DNA from: Myxococcales bacterium
GTDB taxonomy: Bacteria > Myxococcota_A > Polyangia > Fen-1088
DNA: 64,000 nt
Direction: 5' to 3'
Assembly (NCBI GenBank): GCA_043754455.1
Contig: JAYUUT010000110.1
Location: forward strand, 10,588 to 74,587
Below, piece by piece: positions 61,744 through 64,000 of the stretch; position 1 is the first letter of the stretch, and every line of letters starts with the position of its first letter. Under the pieces are notes generated by a model that did not search any database, had not been told where the DNA came from, and saw nothing but the letters and a program-made list of their open reading frames with translations. A program made the position numbers and the translations under genes.

Positions 61744-63282
61744 ATGGCCGATAACGACGCTGGCTATCACGCTGACCTGCCGACGTGTGGCCGTGCCCTG
61801 CGGCTCACACTTTTTCTGCTGTTCGTGACCCCGGCTTTGGCGATCAGCACACCGGCGCAGGCGGACGCGGGATTTCCCCGGCCGCGTTACCACTTCACGC
61901 CGCCGCAGAACTTCATGAACGATCCCAATGGCCTCGTGTTCTTTCGCGGTAACTGGCACCTCTTCTACCAGCACAACCCGGAAGGCCCGACTTGGGGCCA
62001 CATGAGCTGGGGACACGCACAAAGCCGCGATCTGGTTCATTGGCAGCACCTGCCAATTGCGCTGCGCGAGGAGGCGGGAATCATGATCTTCTCGGGCAGC
62101 GCCGTTGTGGATCAGCACAACACAACTGGCCTCTGCAAGACGAAGGAGCCGTGCCTGATCGCTGTTTACACCGGCCATAGAAACGATCGACAGACCCAGA
62201 ACTTGGCGTTCAGTCAGGACGGCGTCCACTTCGAGAAATTTTCTGGGAACCCAGTGCTGGACATCGGTCAAAAGGACTTCCGTGATCCTAAGGTGTTCTG
62301 GCATGAAAAGAGCAAAAGCTGGATCATGGTGGTGGCGTGGCCCGCTGTTCACCAGATCCGCATCTATCGTTCGCGTGATCTGATTCACTGGGCGCACGCC
62401 AGTGACTTCGGCCCTTCGGGCACGACCCAAGGGATCTGGGAGTGCCCTGATCTGTTTCCCCTTTCCACCAGCAAAGGCGAGCGGTGGGTGATGTTGGTGA
62501 ACCTGAACCCGGGCGGACCAGCGGGGGGATCCGGGGGCCAGTACTTCGTCGGTCGCTTTGACGGCAGCACCTTCGTTGAAGAAACCCCTCGCAAAACGCC
62601 TCGTTGGATTGATTACGGCAAGGACGCGTATGCCACCGTCACGTTCGCGGATGTGCCGGCCCGCGATGGCCGCAGGATCGCGCTGTCCTGGGCCAGTAAC
62701 TGGGAATACACCAATCAGGAGCCGACCGGTGACTTCCGGGGCGCGATGAGCATCCCGAAGGTCTTAAGCCTGCGCTGGGACAAAGGCGACTGGTTCTTGC
62801 ACCAGGCCCCCCCCGCAGAGCTGGCGAAGATCCGGGGCGTACGTACGACGATGCCACCGGGGCGGCTGGACAGAGCGACGGGACTGGCCGGATTTGCGCA
62901 GGCGTCGTTCGAACTACAGGCGAAGATTGAGCCCCGCACGGCCGACACCGTCACCATCGAGCTGCGCGGCCCCGGGACAGAGGTGACCACCATCGGCTAC
63001 GACACCAAAACCGCGTCGCTGTTCGTGGACCGCAGCCAATCGGGCGTCGTGAATTTTCACCCGAAGTTCGCGGGGCGCCACAGTGCGCCGCTGCTGCTCG
63101 ACAGCGGAAACCTGCATCTTCAGATTCTGGTCGACACCACCAGCGTCGAGGTCTTTGCCGCCCAGGGGCGCGTGGTGCTAAGCGATCGGATCTTTCCGGC
63201 CGCGGGATCACGTCAGGTGGTGGTCACCGGCGCCGGCGCCATGGTCCACCGGCTGGAGGCGTGGCCGCTGGCGGCGCCATGA
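61744..63282 (+). CDS. Secreted glycoside hydrolase family 32 (beta-fructofuranosidase / levanase / invertase)
   Basis: Signal peptide 'LRLTLFLLFVTPALAISTPAQA'. 'FMNDPNGL' (catalytic nucleophile Asp), 'FRDPKVF' (RDP) and 'WECPDLF' (EC acid/base). C-terminal beta-sandwich. Confidence 0.9.
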   Translation: MADNDAGYHADLPTCGRALRLTLFLLFVTPALAISTPAQADAGFPRPRYHFTPPQNFMNDPNGLVFFRGNWHLFYQHNPEGPTWGHMSWGHAQSRDLVHWQHLPIALREEAGIMIFSGSAVVDQHNTTGLCKTKEPCLIAVYTGHRNDRQTQNLAFSQDGVHFEKFSGNPVLDIGQKDFRDPKVFWHEKSKSWIMVVAWPAVHQIRIYRSRDLIHWAHASDFGPSGTTQGIWECPDLFPLSTSKGERWVMLVNLNPGGPAGGSGGQYFVGRFDGSTFVEETPRKTPRWIDYGKDAYATVTFADVPARDGRRIALSWASNWEYTNQEPTGDFRGAMSIPKVLSLRWDKGDWFLHQAPPAELAKIRGVRTTMPPGRLDRATGLAGFAQASFELQAKIEPRTADTVTIELRGPGTEVTTIGYDTKTASLFVDRSQSGVVNFHPKFAGRHSAPLLLDSGNLHLQILVDTTSVEVFAAQGRVVLSDRIFPAAGSRQVVVTGAGAMVHRLEAWPLAAP

Positions 63283-63300
63283 CGCTTGGAAGTGGCCGGT

Positions 63301-64000
63301 CTACGGATCTTGTGTGATGGAAAGCAAGCCGCGCACCATAGCCAGTAGGTCATCGGCATCATCACCGGCCTGCTGGTTGGGGGTCAGCACCTGAACCGTG
63401 TCCTCGACAAGATCCACAAGTGCCACCACCGCAACAACCCCATGAGCTTCACGCAACGACGCGCGTATGTGCCCCTGCGCGCGCGTCGAGAAGCCCTGGG
63501 GCGCCACGATGAGGGGAACCACCACAGCATCCCGCGCGACCAAGGAAGACCAGAAGCTGACCGGTTCGTGAGCGCTTGCATCGACCACGGTCTGCGCAAA
63601 CAGCGCGCAGGCGACCGGTTCAAGCGGTCGGCCCAAAACAGATCCTTCGATACTATCGCCCCTCACGGCGTAAACATTAACCGCGCGGCCCGTTACCCCG
63701 TCGGCTTCGCGGTGGGCGACAACAGCCACGGTCGTTGGGCCAAGGGCAATCCCGGAGGTGTCCACATCAAACCCTGCGGCCCCCAGCGCCACAGCCAGGC
63801 GTTCCAAATACGCATCGGCGTCAACCGGCAAGGCCACAGCTTCAGACAGAGCAGGCCCCAGGACGCCCCTGGCACCCCGCAGCCGCCCCAACAACGATAG
63901 GGCCTCGTCCGCACGCTGCAAACGCTGACGGGGATCCGGGGCGGTCATCGATTCCAGCAACCGAATAAGCTGCGGATCGGCGGCAGGCAGGGCCTTTCGG
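63301..64000 (-). CDS. 3' part of a gene of unknown function (intact source of repeats A/B); continues beyond the window end
   Basis: The minus-strand ORF reaches the window edge (...SLVARDAVVVPLIVAPQGFSTRAQGHIRASLREAHGVVAVVALVDLVEDTVQVLTPNQQAGDDADDLLAMVRGLLSITQDP*). Its last ~250 nt are the template of repeats A and B. Confidence 0.55.
   Translation of the reverse strand, partial: RKALPAADPQLIRLLESMTAPDPRQRLQRADEALSLLGRLRGARGVLGPALSEAVALPVDADAYLERLAVALGAAGFDVDTSGIALGPTTVAVVAHREADGVTGRAVNVYAVRGDSIEGSVLGRPLEPVACALFAQTVVDASAHEPVSFWSSLVARDAVVVPLIVAPQGFSTRAQGHIRASLREAHGVVAVVALVDLVEDTVQVLTPNQQAGDDADDLLAMVRGLLSITQDP

Noticed and set aside
1-64000. CRISPR arrays, integrases, transposases, reverse transcriptases
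   Set aside because: No regularly spaced direct repeats. No tyrosine or serine recombinase, DDE, or RT motifs were recognisable in any of the six-frame translations.

Overview
This is a GC-rich window whose gene content looks deltaproteobacterial or Myxococcota-like, which is my inference from features such as Ser/Thr kinase plus PP2C, DUF4388 proteins, an MJ0042-type zinc ribbon, PilZ, and a Cys-rich Pal. It is densely coding, and in the shaded regions almost all long antisense ORFs are GC-driven shadows. The core gene set is housekeeping: sucA-sucB, hslV-hslU, gltX, dapL, tatA, a partial Tol-Pal module (pal-cpoB), an MltD-like lytic transglycosylase, an RluA-family pseudouridine synthase, two tandem tRNA-Ser genes and two OsmC-family proteins. 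The envelope and signalling genes are a divergent Ser/Thr kinase and PP2C phosphatase pair, two DUF4388 proteins, a PilZ protein, a large STAND ATPase, an ABC-2 exporter, a DUF4159 and BatA-like module, and lipoproteins with GSDH beta-propeller, BNR and SASA-esterase domains. Three accessory signals stand out. The first is a hotspot downstream of gltX (about 57.0-63.6 kb) where two single-gene cargos on the + strand are each preceded by a decaying copy of the same gene 3' end plus a conserved ~230-nt leader. One cargo is a 1247-aa protein with a Venus-flytrap-like periplasmic domain fused to a 7+3 TM membrane domain; the other is a GH32 beta-fructofuranosidase. The second is a ~2.2 kb low-GC islet (44.4-46.6 kb) carrying an orphan gamma-class N6-adenine DNA methyltransferase with an N-terminal HTH. 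The third is a ~1.1 kb insertion at the 3' end of a DnaJ/DUF4388 gene, flanked by ~42-bp imperfect direct repeats and carrying a frameshifted MNT-like nucleotidyltransferase gene. Smaller oddities include an orphan CcmE with the CxxxY variant heme motif, translationally coupled to an M20 peptidase, and a small secreted CxxCH protein upstream of sucAB. No CRISPR array, integrase or transposase could be recognised in the window.
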